Assembly: GCA_964521085.1 (NCBI GenBank)
Contig: CAZFPL010000002.1
Location: 85,579 to 149,578, forward strand
Length of the DNA stretch: 64,000 bases
Source of the DNA: an uncultured Anaerolineales bacterium
GTDB lineage: Bacteria > Chloroflexota > Anaerolineae > Anaerolineales > RBG-16-64-43
Direction of reading: 5' to 3'
Below, piece by piece: positions 63,718-64,000 of the stretch. A program made the translations under genes and the position numbers. The notes below the pieces were generated by a model that worked only from the letters and a program-made list of their open reading frames with translations, was not told the origin of the DNA and did not search any database. Each line of letters opens with the position of its first letter. Positions within the stretch are counted from its first letter, which is position 1.

Positions 63718-64000
63718 GGATCCTCCTCGCAGACAAGGCGGTTTTTTTATGCCTTATCATTCACAGACGCCCGAACCTCCCATTGGTTCCGGACCGGCGC
63801 CGGCTGTCGGAAAACGTTTGTTCGAATACCCGCGCGGATATCCGCAACTCTTTTCGTTTCCGGGGGTTCTATGAAACAGGGAACCCTTGCGGTTTGATGT
63901 CCGGGGGAAAACTCCTATATACAATCGCATCAGTGAAGGTATAATTTTCATGGATCTAGTCTTTCGAACGGAAAGGGTCGCTGCAAGGGTTCGTTAATAA

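Noticed and set aside
63757-63951. 64-aa minus-strand ORF, and a 15-codon + strand ORF after a TATAAT-like box near the right edge
   Set aside because: Neither has an SD, a motif or a plausible composition. The region is more likely the long 5' leader or promoter region of the 63025..63717 gene. No riboswitch-like conserved core was recognised.

Overview
This is a GC-rich bacterial chromosomal window. I found no rRNA, CRISPR array, transposase or integrase. Almost every gene is on the minus strand.

**Left part (1-24.8 kb).** Housekeeping genes sit here: an IMPase, an RlmD-type methyltransferase, a CPBP protease, LepB, Der, the CdaA-CdaR c-di-AMP module, a single-chain alpha-beta GlyRS, and tRNA-Leu(GAG). 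They are interleaved with GT-C-type membrane glycosyltransferases (an edge-truncated ORF at 1-1591 that the ORF track omits, a DUF2723 protein, a GT39 protein) and TPR proteins.

**Right part (24.9-62.5 kb).** This is a ~37.6-kb glycan-assembly supercluster.
- Transferases: 11 GT4 and 1 GT2 glycosyltransferases, including a tandem triplet and two tandem pairs of paralogs, plus a 507-aa polytopic membrane protein.
- Export: a Wzm/Wzt ABC exporter whose Wzt carries a C-terminal extension.
- Sugar-nucleotide enzymes: a CapD/PglF-like dehydratase, three SDRs, a nucleotide-sugar 6-dehydrogenase, and a NeuA-like cytidylyltransferase next to a HAD phosphatase and a 2-hydroxyacid dehydrogenase.
- Tailoring enzymes: methyltransferases, CE4 and PIG-L deacetylases, and WbqC.
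- Not visible in the window: an initiating phosphoglycosyltransferase, Wzx, Wzy, an aminotransferase, or a NeuB/KdsA-type synthase.

**Most unusual items.**
- A short Wzz/PCP-like two-TM domain is fused in frame to the sugar dehydrogenase.
- An A/T-richer four-helix-bundle (23S-IVS/Avd family) gene is bracketed by ~35-bp inverted repeats inside the operon.
- The CMP-activation module has no synthase.
- A GH35-like protein appears to lack its nucleophile.
- A 554-aa protein has no recognisable family.
- A nested inverted-repeat, MITE-like element lies between two paralogous GT genes.

**Caveats.** The lineage guess (Chloroflexota-like) is inference only. All family calls come from motif recognition by eye, with no searches run. 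The ORF track reports the longest ATG/GTG/TTG ORFs, so I trimmed several N-terminal extensions using neighbouring stop codons, SD sequences and promoters.
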